DNA of 64,000 bases from Eledone cirrhosa (taxonomy: Eukaryota), in assembly GCA_964016885.1 (NCBI GenBank), contig OZ024743.1, forward strand, positions 359,910,001 through 359,974,000, written 5' to 3'. The stretch's first letter is position 1, and each line of letters opens with the position of its first letter. This document shows positions 26,297 through 39,169 of the stretch, piece after piece. A program made the translations under genes and the position numbers. A model generated the notes under the pieces. The model was not told where the DNA came from. It worked only from the letters and a program-made list of their open reading frames with translations, and searched no databases.

Positions 26297-27332
26297 TGTA
26301 GAAGATCACGCCACCTAGCTTTGACTTTAGAGCAGTCGATTAACTGCCATTAGTTCTGACGTCACGTTCTGACGTCAGTAGCTGAATACACTCTCTTTCA
26401 ACTTTGTGTCTTGATGCGAGCAGACGCATTTCACTGTGGCGAAACAGCGATATTGCACCATGCGGTCACGGAATATTTAAACACCGCCACTTAATGATAA
26501 TTACGAATTACCAATCGAGGAGCAAATGATATGATAACCTGTTTTGTTTATTGCTCTGATTAAAATGCTCATGTACATATAATCTCGATGTATGTTCTTT
26601 TTGCTTAATTGTTTACCTACACCTAACAACAAATAGAAGAGATGTCTATCAGCCAAGCTAGGGAAACGACCTCCCCTCTAAATCGCAAAACAACGCAGCC
26701 TTCTAAAATGGTGAGCATCGCTCCTAAAGTGGTTGACCCCGAACATCGAACACTATAAAATGGCAACCTTCCGATACAACATGTGGTTGAACATTTATAA
26801 GCGAAACACTTATATCTTCTATTATGCTATTCTCTGGGCAGTGAATATATAACAAACCCCCCCCCCCAAAAAAAAACAAAGAAAAAATGATTATCAACAT
26901 TTTTGAACATTTTTTTTAAAGCAGACAAACCAAAAGAAAAAGAAGAATTCTTATTTTTTGTAATGGCCGATCATTTTCCCGCCAATTTTCTTTCTTCTCC
27001 GAAATGCACCCATCTGATTGGCTGAGACACATCACGTGATGCCGTCTTTTCCCGACCTTAACTGAGCAGCGTGATATGCTGTCGATATATATTTTTCTGA
27101 GAGTTCCTGCCATGATGTGATTTGACTTGTCGACTTCGGATTGTTTTTTACTAATTCTCCGGATTATTTTCCCTGCTATGGACACTTGAGAACATTTATT
27201 TTTTTATGTTCTTCTGCCTTTATGGATGTTGAGGAAATTTGCTGTTTTCCCGTTGTTCTGAACATCTAAAGAAATTTCTGCATTCTTTTTCCGTGAATAT
27301 CACTTACTTTTATACGTCCAAGTTGATATAGA

Positions 27333-28111
27333 TTGACAACGAGTGGTCCTAATTTACCTGCGTTCTCAGGTGATCCCAAACTCTGGTTTGCACAATTCGA
27401 CGTATATTTAGCTGCAAACGGAGTGAAAACAGAGCAAAAGCTCATCGTTTTGATAAGCGGCATTCTTTCTTCACTCGCTACAACGGTGAAGGATTTAATA
27501 ACGGACGCGCCAAACGGTACGTCGTATGATTCTTTGAGGACGGAAATATTAAGGAGAAACTGCCGTTCTGCTGAGAGCAGGTTTCGTGCATTATTGGAGG
27601 ACGAGTGTTCAGGCGACAGGTCGCCGTCCGAATTTTTACGCTACATTCGGGACCTCAGCGAATCGCCCGATCAGGATAGTTCATTTATAAAAAAACTATT
27701 TTTCTCTCGCATGCCAAACAACGTCCAGATTATCTTGGCGAATATTGTAGATACCAGATCTTTGGAGCAGATGGCTGTCTCCGCTGATCGGAGCGTAGAA
27801 TTTTTTAGAAAGGCTACCGCCCCGGACCCGTGTGTTGCTTTTTCTTCAATTTCGAACCAGCCCGTCTCGACACGTTAAAGGCTATTGACGCTTTGAGGCA
27901 GCAAGTCGCTCGTTTATGCAGGGAGAATAGGCCGTATTCACAGCGGCCTAGGAGTCGTTCGGGTTCTTTCGCGACTCCACGTCAGCATACTACTTCGCCC
28001 GCCAGCAATCCATTATTTTGCTGGTATCATGCCACCTTCGCGGATAAGGCAAAACATTGCCGGACTCCATGTAAATATTCAGCTTCGGGAAATGCAGATC
28101 AGAGTCATTAA
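27333..28111 (+). pseudogene. gag: Gag, frameshifted near 27870
   Basis: LPAFSGDPKLWFAQF, GDRSPSEFLR and the CHCC motif CWYHATFADKAKHCRTPC. Confidence 0.9.
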
Positions 28112-30990
28112 AGGCGGCAAGTGAACTCTGCGAGACACAACAGAAACGCCATTTCTTCATAGAGGACATCCTGTCTGAAAGAGCCTTCCTCGTAGACATA
28201 GGAGCTTCGTGCATTATTTGGCCTGTTAATTGTATGACAGTAACTCCTCCCGAGTCGTCGATTGAATTGCAAGCTGTCAACCAGTCACCAATCCGAACTT
28301 TTGGACAGATCTCGCTTCCTCTTCAGTTTCGAAATCTTCGTCGTGATTTCAAATGGGTTTTCACGGTTGCCAACCTTCCATACCCGATTTTCGGGGCGGA
28401 CTTCCTGCACAATTTTTCTTTGACGGTGGACGTCCGTCACCAATACCTAGTCGACGATATGACTGGTTTTTCTCTTTGTGGCAGGACAGCAGAAGTTTCT
28501 ACAGTTAGCCCGACATTCTTCATCGCTAACTCCGGAAACCCATATCATGGAAATTTTAGAGTCACTGATCCAAACTACGCCACGGAGCATTTTATTACTA
28601 CTACTGGTGCTCCGGTTTTTTCGCGTCCCAGTCGATTGCCAGCGGACAAACTGAAAGCAGCACGGTCCGAGTTCGATCATATGCTACAGCTTGGAATTAT
28701 TCGTCCTTCCCCGAGCTCGTGGGCATCTCCATTACATATGGTGCCAAAATCTTCTGGCGATTGGAGACCCACAGGGGATTATAGACGATTGAACTCGATG
28801 ACCGTACCGGATCGGTATCCTCTCCCTCATCTGCAGGATTTTGCATCCTCGTTGCAAGGTTGTAACATTTTTTCGAAACTCGATTTGATACGAGCCTATA
28901 ACCAGATTCCTCTCAACAGAGACGACATCCCGAAAACGGCTATAACTACGCCATTTGGATCTTTTCAATTTCTCACCGTGCCTTTCGGGTTAAGAAATGC
29001 TGCTAGCACCTTCCAGCGATTTATGGATGAAGTCACTCGCTGCCTTGATTTTGTATACACATATATTGATGATCTTCTTTATGCTAGCTCTTCTCCAGAG
29101 CAACATCTGGACCTTCTATTTTGTTGTTTGAGGGATTACAATGTTCGGATTAATTCATCAAAATGTTATTTTGGTTCCGAATCTCTGAATTTTTGGGGCC
29201 ACGTCATTGACGCTGACGGTATTTGACCTATTCCTAGGAGAGTTAAAGCTATAGAGGATTTTCCTCCACCAACCTCACTCCGTCAGTTGCGCCAATTATT
29301 GGGGCTGATTAATTTTTATAGGCGGTTTGTGCTTAATTGTGCTAAGCTACTCTTCTCTTTGACGGACATTTTGAAATATTGCCGAAAGAAAAATGAAGAC
29401 ATTTCTTTGAATGAAACTCAGCTCGAGGATTTTGAGAATGCGAAAATTGCTCTAGCCAATGCATCTTTGCTGGCTCACCCAGTGTCCAATGCTAAGCTTT
29501 CGCTTTGTGTTGATGCGTCGGATACTGCCGTGGGCGCAGATTTACAACAAAGTAGGAATGATCAACAGCAAACGTTGGAATTTTTCTCCAGGAAGCTGAA
29601 ACCTGCCAAAACCCGCTACAGCACCTTGGGACGGGAGTTGTTAGCTATATACCTATCGGTGAAGCATTTTTCGCACATGCTTGAAGGAAGAACGTTCACC
29701 ATCTTCACGGACCACAAGTCATTGACATTCGCCTTGCAAGCAAAGGCCGACAAATACTCGCCCAGAGAAACTAGACATCTCGACCTCATCTCTCAATTTA
29801 CTAATGATATTCAACATATTCCGGGTTCTATGAATAGAGCGGCCGACGCCCTGTCTCGTTTGCCGATTGCTTCTATCTCGTCGTCCGATGACATAGATTT
29901 GAATCGCTTGGCAGCCGATCAGCCTACCCTCGAATCGTAGGATGTTACTTCGTCTGAATTTGTGAATTGCAGGATGAGCCACGCCCTTTTGTTCCGTTGA
30001 ACCATCGTCGAACTGTGTTTCTTGTTTACACGGCATTTCACATCCAGGATCTTCTGCCACATTAAAACTCATAACGGCTAGATTCTTCTGGCCAAATATG
30101 AGACGTGATATTACTGCTTGATGCCTTTCCTGGTTTGCTTGCCAGAAATCAAAAGTTCACAGGCCTGTTAAGACTCCTCTAGGTACTTTTAGTAACCCGG
30201 TTTCGCCACATTAATGTGGACATCGTGGGACCTCGGCAATCAGCGGTGGCCATAATTACATATTGACTGGTATCGATCGTTTTTCACGATGGCCTGAAGC
30301 CACCCCCTTGAAAGATATCACTGCTGAGACGACAGCGCGTGCCCTTGTGTCTGGATGGATCGCTCGATATGGAGTACCAACGTCAATTACCACGGACCGT
30401 GGAAGGCAGTTTGAATCGAATCTCTTCCATGAATTAACGAACATCATCGGCGCTAAACGCATCCGAACTACCACATATCATCCTGCCTCTAATGGAATGG
30501 TGGAGCGTTTCCACCGACAACTAAAAGCCGCTCTACGGACTTCTCCTGACTCTACGCGTTGGAGCGAGTACCTCCCTATTTTGTTGTTGAGGATTCGGTC
30601 AACAATAAAGGAGAACCTCGGGTTCTCCCCGGCCGAATTATTATATGGTGCTGCTCTAGCGTTACCTGGGCAAATGCTTGCCCCTGGCGATCTTGCTGCA
30701 CAAGATCCGCTTTCCTACGTATCCCGTCTGCGTTCTTATTTTCAGGACCTGCCGCCGATGGATACGAGGAAGCAAACTGTAAAATCTGCAGTCCCGAGGG
30801 ATTTTGCCTCGTGGACCCATGTGTTTGTGAGAAACGATGCTGTGAGACCACCTCTCACACAACCATACTCTGGACCCTACCGTGTATTAGCTCGTTCCGA
30901 GAAACATTTGACTGTAGACATTAAGGGTTCCAGAGAGACGGTTTCTATTGATCGACTCTAACGAGCATATTTGGACAGACGCTATCACAC
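28110..30990 (+). pseudogene. pol: Pol (protease, RT, RNase H, integrase) with stops and frameshifts
   Basis: FLVDIGAS; [21 protein letters not shown]; DASD, RELLAIY, TDHK; [37 protein letters not shown]. Confidence 0.93.
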
Positions 30991-31841
30991 CTGAGCCACA
31001 AACGCCCCCGTCTATTTCTTTCGCACACACACCTGCTTCTTCGCCCCCCCCCCCCCATCACCAATATATTACACTACGACGCGTTCCGGTCGGAGGGTTC
31101 ATTGGCCCCCAAAAAATGTGTAGCACTGTATATTTTTAAGCTGAAATTTTGCGGCGCTTTAATCCTGTATTTCCTATTTGAACTATTTGAACTTTTAAAA
31201 ATTGTATTTACATTTTTTTATCTTTCTCGTTCTTGCATGCTTGTTTCATATGTTCTTTTGAAATTTGTTGTGCCCTTCATGCTCGGTTGGGCTGATTGCT
31301 CCTTGGTTTGGAGTTTTTGCTAGTTGTTCATCGTTTTTCTACATACATGGTCCGATGAACCGATTTTTATTTCTTTTTCTAAAAATCTGGTGGGAGGCCA
31401 TATAGAAGATCACCCCATCTAGCTTTGACTTGGAGGCAGTCGATTAACTGCCGTTAGTTCTGACGTCACGTTCTGACGTCACGTTCTGACGTCAGTAGCT
31501 GAATACACTCTCTTTCGATTTTGTGTCTTGATGCGAGCAGACGCATTTCACTGTGGCGAAACAGCGATATTGCACCATGTGGTCACGGGATATTTGAACA
31601 CCGCCACTTAATGATAATTACGAATTACCAATCGAGGAGGAGCAAATGATATGATAACCTGTTTTGTTTATTGCTCTGATTAAAATGTTCATGTACATAT
31701 AATCTCGAGGTATGTTCTTTTTGTTTAATTATTTACCTACACCTAACAAAAAATAGAGGAGATGTCTAGCAGCCAAGCTAGGGAAACGAGCTCCCCTCTA
31801 AAACAACGCAGCCTTCTAAAATGGTGACCATCTCTCCTAAA

Positions 31842-32025
31842 CACACATCTAGGACCACATACAACACACCAGCAGGTAATACACACATCTAGGACCACAT
31901 ACAACACACAAGCAAGTAATATACACATCTAGGACCACATGCAACATACAAGCAGGTAATACATACATCTAGGACCATATACAACACCTAAGAAGATAAT
32001 ACACACATCCAGGACCACATACGAC
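31842..32025. repeat. 40-bp minisatellite, right part
   Basis: Same unit as 26162-26296. Confidence 0.9.
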
Positions 32026-32089
32026 AAAAGGCAGGCGAAAGGGGTGGACAAACGAGATACTACCAGAGCAAAAGATAACCATATCGCGG

Positions 32090-32640
32090 GGAGCACTAGG
32101 AAACCTCTCTAATAATTTTTGAGGCAAGCCAGCACACTCGCAGCGTTACCTCGGGTGAAGGCGTAGCTGAGGTAGTGTAACAAGCAAGCGCCCTCACGAG
32201 CTTCACCAGTTACCTCTGATAGGGGAGCCGAGATCAGAGAGTCACTTCTGGTAGAGCCGCTACTTCTCCGGATTGGGATATCACAGCTACGATCACAGCT
32301 ACGATACTATGGGAATTAGGCTTGAATGTCTCAGCCCGACTTCCCCAAACGTATTGAACGCTACAGGCTGGAAAATGTAGTTAGCCAACAGATCAGAGGA
32401 TCTTAGGATTTTGTTCTGTTCAGCTGCCGATGCTGTGGCTCTCGCCCTTACCGCTGCATGCAGGATGTGGGAAGAAACAAAAGAGTCACTATCTGTGATG
32501 TCCCAGACAAGGCATCTGCCTATTAACCAGGGGCACATGGTAAGATTGTCAGGTCTTTTTCCATCAATTCTGGACAACCCAGATGGTTTCACAATTGAGG
32601 GGATGTTTTTCCGGGCCAAAGCTTTTCAATGGTAATAGGA
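32090..32640 (-). mobile_element. CRE-like non-LTR retrotransposon restriction-like endonuclease remnant
   Basis: PSGLSRIDGKRPD.LT..PW..GRCLVWDIT..DSF...AAEQNK...YIFQPVAF.TFG. An RTE-like patch at ~32231-32312 matches 37034-37110. Confidence 0.75.
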
Positions 32641-32845
32641 CACTGTGTGTGTGTGCGCGCACGTGTGAGTTTGTCGGCACTCTTAAATTAGAGACGTGTG
32701 TGTGTGTGTATTATATATATGTGTGTGTTATATATATGTGTGTTTTATATATATATGTGTGTGTCATATATATATATATATATGCGTGTGTCTGTCATAT
32801 ATATTTATATATGAGCGTAAAATTAAACATTAAGCAATCTTTTAA

Positions 32846-34020
32846 ATAAATTAAAATACAATTTAAATATTTACCTCTTCTAGTGCTATGACCGACGGTT
32901 TCGCTTATCAAAAGATTGGAAATTCAAAGAATTTCCAACGGAAAGATATAGCTCTTCAGATACCTTTTCCAAACCTACTACATATAAATCCATGTAGATG
33001 TGGATGTATCGGTTTCTGCCCGGTGAATGAATCAAGACGTTAAAATGACCACCACACAAATGGGCCGTTAGAAAAAGCGGGAATAATAGACTCGTTGATA
33101 TTTCATGTTACTAGAAATAGCAGCATGATACAGCATTTTTTTCTCTACATTAAGGAGAATTCAGATAAATGATATAGATATTATTACCAGTAGGTACTAA
33201 GTACCCACAGAAATATATATGGTGTCTATAATAGTGGTTGTTCCATGGTACTAATTTGAGATACCAGATCTGTAAATATGAGCGGAACAAGAAAACATTA
33301 AACAATCTTTTAAATGGATTAAAATACGATTTAAATATTTACCTCTTCTACTGCCATGACCCACGGTTTCGCTTATCAACAGATTGGAAATTCTTGTATT
33401 TTAATTTATTTAAAAGATTGTTTAATGTTTACTTGTTCCGCTCATATTTACAGTTCTGGTATCTCAAATTAGTACCAGAGAACAACCACTATTATAAACA
33501 CCATATATATTTCTGTGGGTACTTAGTACCTACTGGAATAACTATATCATTTATGTGAATTCTCCTTAATGTTGTAAAAAAAATGTTGTATCATGCTGCT
33601 ATTTCTAGTAGCATGAAATATCAACGAGTCTATTATTCCCGCTTTTTCTAACGGCCCACTTGAGTAGTGGTCATTTTAACGTCTTGATTCATTCACCGGG
33701 CAGAAAGCGCCACATCGACATCTACGTGGATTTATATCTAGTAGGTTTGGAAAAGCTATCTAAAGAGCTATATCTTTCCGTTGGAAATTCTTTGAATTTC
33801 CAATCTTTTGATAAGCGAAACCGTCGGTAATGGCACTAGAAGAGGTAAATATTTAAATTGTATTTTAATTTATTTAAAAGATTGTTTAATGTTTACTTGT
33901 TCCGCTCATATTTACAGATCTGGTATCTCAAATTAGTACCATGGAACAACCACTATTATAGACACCATATATATTTCTGTGGGTACTTAGAACCTACTGG
34001 TTTATCTATATCATTTATAT
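32846..34020. repeat. HHR family 3: ~465-bp unit in partial tandems on both strands, head to head
   Basis: The unit start recurs at 32846/33312 and 33394/33858. HHRs at 32885-32964 (minus, CTGAAGA, GUC) and 33755-33834 (plus, core mutated to CTAAAGA). Confidence 0.88.
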
Positions 34021-34021
34021 A

Positions 34022-35511
34022 TAACCCGCGTGAATATTATTTTTTCTTTTCTCGTGTATTGGTTGTCTCCCCTTCCCGCTTCGTGACGCTATAATACTTC
34101 CTCAGTCAAAAACTGCTGGAATTTCAAATTTGGCGGTCATTCGATGCGTGAGGGAGAAACTTAGCAGACACGATGTTTAACTGCGGTAAGAATTTTTTCT
34201 TATATCAAAGTTTAATGGGCTTCCACTGATGTGCCCACCTAAATATATTCTTACATGAATATATGTTAGGCTTCTACATAAACTGGAAACAATCTCCTAA
34301 TTTGTAGAAAACTTATAATGAAACAATTGTTTGGAAAGAGAGATATAGTTTAACTTTAATTATATCTCATAAAATAATACAACTGACTTTCCACAAAATA
34401 CATATAGTTAGCACCCCAAACACTTAAATTGGGTTTATACTAACATATAACCTAATGTTTGTTGAGTGAGATGGTTACCAGTCAGAGTTTAGCTTTAAGC
34501 TATCTTTGTTATTGTATTAAATATTTTACTCTTGATTGGCCAGAGGTATTTATTTCCAGGTACCTTATAAATATGACTTTCCGTATTTATTACTGTTGTG
34601 CGATATGATGGTTTTTTGGTTGTCACTTCTCTGTTTTTAGCCTAAGAAAATATATATATGCCTGTGTAAATAATTACATGCATATTTTTATTTTTTTAAA
34701 TTAATTGAGTTCTTAACACGTGGAATTGATATTAGTTTTGAAATAACTAATTAACCCGCGTATATTTAATATTTTACTCTTAATTCGGCCAGAGATTTAC
34801 ATTCCCGATTGCCCTTTAAAGCGTAACTTTCCGTATTTACTACGGTTATGAGATGCAGTTTGTTATTCAGGTACGACTTCTGTTTTTAGCCTAAGAAAAT
34901 ATCTATATGCGTGTGTAATTAATACACGCATGCATTTATTTTTTTAACTTCAATTGAGTTCTTAAAACGTTGGATTGATAATGTTTTTGAAAAAACTAAT
35001 TAACCCGCGTGAATATTATTTTTTCTTTTCTCGTGTATTGGTTGTCTCCCCTTCCCGCTTCGTGACGCTATAATTCTTCCTCAGTCAAAAACTGCTGGAA
35101 TTTCAAATTTGGCGGTCATTCGATGCGTGAGGAAGCAGCTTAGCAGACACGATTTTTAACTGCGGTAAGAATTTTTTCTTATGTCAAAGTTTAATGGGCT
35201 TCCACTGATGATTTATAAGCACCCACCTAAATATATTCTTACATGAATATATGTTAGGCTTCTACATAAACTGGAAACAATCTCCTAATTTGTAGAAAAC
35301 TTATAATGAAACAATTGTTTGGAAAGAGAGATATATTTTAACTTTAATTATATGTCATAAAATAATACAACTGGCTTTCCACAAAATACATATAGTTAGC
35401 ACCCCAAACACTTAAATTGGGTTTATACTAACATATAACCTAATGTTTGTTAAGTGAGATGGTTACCAGTCAGAGTTTAGCTTTAAGCTATCTCTGTTAT
35501 TGTATTAAATA
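34022..35511. repeat. ~980-bp unit in ~1.5 tandem copies with an internal ~240-bp subrepeat, ending in (TA)n
   Basis: TAACCCGCGTGAATATTATTTT at 34022 and 35001. Segment 34516-34760 resembles 34765-35010. Confidence 0.88.
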
Positions 35512-35805
35512 TATATATATATATATCGATTGGTTATTGATTAGGCGATGCCCGCTGTTGAAGCCGCATTAGCCGATTGTGCATTGTTGCATAATATATG
35601 CAGACAGATGGTGCAGTGCACCTTACTGCTGCATTAGTGCGGCAGAAACTCGAGTCCGGGAACTTTATAGGCACCCGTTTTACGTGTGTTGTTTGGAGGC
35701 AAATAACTATGTGTATACTCTGGTATTGTATCTTACATTGCCCATTGAGTGCGCTGAGATACAACCGGTACTAGCATTGATAAATATGATGGGTCTGTCA
35801 ACCCT

Positions 35806-35862
<57 letters not shown>

Positions 35863-36107
35863 AATATATTACACAAATATAAGTGTGTTACACAGTGAGA
35901 TGTGTGTAAAGAATTATTGCAAGTGAGTTTTATACATATATATAAAAAGAAAATTTCCCTCTACATGGCTGAATACAATAAATGTAATCTGAGTTTTTCG
36001 AATATTAATAATAACATTCGATTCGTTTGCAATTATGCAAACAAGCCTCAATTTTATAGCCATGTCAGTAGAATGAACACTTCATTCTTGCTGTTATGTT
36101 GGCATGC

Positions 36108-36169
36108 GAACAGAACTGCATACACTAATGTTTCTGGGTATCACCCTTCATCAGTACAGCTCACTGTTC
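36108..36169 (-). ncRNA. Type-I hammerhead ribozyme with long bulged stem I, family 2
   Basis: GAACAG-TG-AGCTGTA-CTGATGA-A-GGGT-GAT-ACCC-A-GAAA-CATTAGT-GTA^TGCAGTT-CTGTTC. Confidence 0.85.
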
Positions 36170-36199
36170 ACCTGCCAAACTATCAGAGCTAGTGAAAAT

Positions 36200-36247
36200 A
36201 TATGCTATTTTCAAAAATACACAGTGACTGATCGGCCAGATTTGCAT
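36200..36247 (-). promoter_or_regulatory. Octamer + PSE-like element upstream of the family-2 HHR
   Basis: Minus strand: ATGCAAAT (36247-36240), 12 nt, TCACTGTGTATTTTTGAAAATAG, CATATAT. Confidence 0.5.
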
Positions 36248-36689
36248 ATTAGTAGACTGGCTGATCCGTCAGATGTGCATATCAGCAGACTCGCCAGTCA
36301 GTTTCCTGTATACGAGCGATAAATGGCCGGCTTTGCCATATTCAAGTAAAAAAAGAAAATTTCGCTCTACATGGCTGAATACAATAAATGTAATCTGAGT
36401 TTTTCGAATATTAATAATAATTGTTCGCATGCCAACATAAGAGCAAGAATGAAGTGTTTATTCTACTGACATGGCTATAAAATTGAGGTTTGTTTGCATA
36501 ATTGCATACAAATCGAATATTATTATTAATATTCGAAAAACTCAGATTACATTTATTATATATATATGTGTGTGTGTGTGTATGTGTTACCGTTAGTAAG
36601 TTAGATACATATATGTGTGTATACCCTTCCTTCCTTTTACACACACATACATTCACACAAATAGACATTTTGTTATGGACGGATGGACA

Positions 36690-37345
36690 GAAGTCGCTCA
36701 AATTTATATACATGTGAATGGAGTTCCACTGAAGCAGCTGGAGAAGTTCAAGTATCTCAGGGCCGTGTTCATTAATGATAGAAGGCAGGAGGCTGAATTA
36801 AGTGCAAGAATTGCAAAAGCTGATGCAGTAATTCGCCAGCTTCAGCATTAAAAAAAGGGAGGTAGGTGTAAAAGCCAAACTCACTCTCTTCCTGGTATTC
36901 CTGCCAACCCTTACCGAGGGTCATGCATCTTGGGAATGACCGAAATAATACAATTGCAAATACAAACGGCAGAAATGGGGTTCTTCAGAAGGGTCTTTGG
37001 AGTAACATTACTTGATGAAGGGTATAGCTCAGAGATCAGAGAGTCACTCCTGGTAGCCGGCACTTCTCCGGTTTGAGAGATCACAGCTCCAATACTATGG
37101 GCATATGGTTAGAATGTCTCAGGAAAGAATCGCTGGACAGATTTTACGGGCAAAACCAAACACCAAGAGACCCAGAGGTAGACCCCGAGCAAGATAGTGG
37201 GATAACATCCATGAGCTTGGATGGTAAAGCTTTGGGATCCAGCTGGATCAGTTACAGATGTTTGCTTCTGACAGATGCGCTGGAAAGAGTGTTTTAGAAG
37301 GACTCTTCCCCCACGACTTTCTCAGAAATCATTGGGTGAAGAAGT
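36690..37345 (+). mobile_element. RTE-like LINE 3' remnant
   Basis: IHVNGVPLKQLEKFKYL...ELSARIAKA, then AEMGFFRRV and RPRGRPR across frameshifts. Confidence 0.8.
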
Positions 37346-37854
37346 ACATATTGTCAATTTACTTTTCAATTTACATATCATATCTATAAGCATATATATA
37401 TTTGCGTATAAAACCAAGACGCACACTACATATGCTAGCAGAAAAATGCCCGAACCGCGGTTTTTCTTCTAGTAAAATTAAATCATTTGAAAATGCACCT
37501 AATGTGTTTTATATGTACATGCAAAACGGAATTAGTTCATTCTAAATACATTTAGTGCTGTAATATAAACCTTGGAGTGGGTTTGCAGAAAATAGTCATG
37601 ATTATCTAATTAGTTTTTTATGCGCATCGGTTTAAATATTAGTATCTTTTCGAAGTTACATTTCATGTTGTGCTGGTGTTGAATATATTATACACATGTT
37701 CCTGCGTGTCATGTTAATTACATTATACACGTGTTGCATGTGGGATTATAACACGAAAAATTACATGTTTTAATGCATATTAAATTGCATGAGTTACACG
37801 AGAATTCTTTTTTTTTAATTTTGAAAATAGATGGATATGAAAACTGAGGCTTTG

Positions 37855-38310
37855 CCTGGAGGCCGCCCATCATGAACATTGATCATCAAGTATAGATATA
37901 ATGTCTTTGAGAAAAAGCGAGTGGAACATGCTGTTATGAAGCGTTCAATCTGTAAGCCAAATCCAGGTGCAGTGCCTGCAAAAATCCAGCTAGAATTGAG
38001 GGGCGATTTATGTGGCAAATTTCTTCCATCAAGGGCTGGATTCATCGACCATCTGAAGTCACATGAGCCAGGGAGAAATCGATCCACTTGTGCTATGAGA
38101 TTATGTTAACGCCACGCCCTCCAAGGTAAATTTCAATGACTGTTGCTAATTTGGAAGTCAGCTGGTGGAATGACCAGACATGGTAGAATACAGAAAGACA
38201 CACCTCAGCCGGCAATGGTAGGATATAGACAGTTCAAGTGTCACATCTCTCAAAGTGCTTGGAAAGCAAAAGCTGGTCTGAACCGTCAACTGCGTACACA
38301 TCTTTGTGGA
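37855..38310 (+). mobile_element. LINE (RTE-like) C-terminal remnants with C2H2-like tail
   Basis: FEKKRVEH...CGKFLPSRAGFIDHLKSH and FKC...KAGLNRQLRTH. Confidence 0.5.
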
Positions 38311-38974
38311 ATTTTCAGTGAAGTTAGGGCACTCTTCTGGCAAGAATTAGGAATCAAGATGTATGTGTATGTTTCTAGGTGTGTGGAAGTTATTTTTCTA
38401 TTACTGACATGTACTATGAGGACTTTAATTTGCTATGATATAAACTGTGAATATCGCATATCCAAAATCTAAGTGGGCCTAACGTAGTCTAAAATGCCTC
38501 TAATAAGTTACTTATACAGTATTGTTGCTTGATATTTTGGACAATCGTGTTACATGTATGTTTCTAAATAATTTTATGAATATATTAAGGATATGTGGTT
38601 GAGTGTGATTGTTGGTCATATTTGATGTTCTTTGATATTATTGGCAAGAAGGTGTATTATAGATTTCGTAGATGCTATTTAAGTTTGTTATCTTGGCCTT
38701 TGATTTCTACGTAATTGATCTCAGGCTTGACTATTTCGGGTTATTTCTGTTGAAATAAAATTAAAATAAAACAACTCGTTTCTTTGTATTTACACTAAGT
38801 AGACTAATAAACACAATGTTGAAGAACATACCAATGCTCTTAGTTTAATGAATAACAGAAGAATTATGCAACAGATTGTATAATTTTGTGTATATTGTAA
38901 CATCAGACCATAATTAGTATCACTTCAAATTTGACATTTCTTTTATCGATAAAATGAATTTGATATTTAAATAT

Positions 38975-39150
38975 AAGTATGTATACGTACATACATATAT
39001 GTATACAGCCGTACAGTAGTATGTATATACATACATACATGCCACACACATATATATGTACGTATGGGTTTACCGAACATTTATTATAATGCTCGGTTTG
39101 TTTGTAAAGAAACAGCCCGAATTTTTAGCCGTACAGTGTTCGGCAACCAT
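38975..39150 (-). mobile_element. Fragment of family-1 repeat lacking the HHR
   Basis: Reverse-complement homologue of 22200-22385. Confidence 0.75.
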
Positions 39151-39169
39151 TTGATATAGTTTAGGCATA

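Larger units (their letters stand above)
26297..31841 (+). mobile_element. Full-length decayed Ty3/Gypsy LTR retrotransposon, CsRn1-like
   Basis: LTRs 26297-26728 and 31401-31841. PBS TGGTTGACCCCGA (tRNA-Trp-like) at 26730, purine-rich tract before the 3' LTR, 4-bp TSD CACA, and gag-PR-RT-RH-IN order. Confidence 0.95.
35945..36558 (-). mobile_element. HHR family 2: ~403-bp unit, ~75-bp terminal direct repeat, then an inverted segment
   Basis: AAAAGAAAATTTC.CTCTACATGGCTG at ~35945 and ~36350. Segment 36421-36558 is the reverse complement of ~35975-36112. Confidence 0.85.

Noticed and set aside
35205-35225. CTGATGA as a hammerhead core (also ATGATGA..GAAA at 4535)
   Set aside because: No stem II/GAAA/stem I arrangement, and the 35205 motif is absent from the sister copy.
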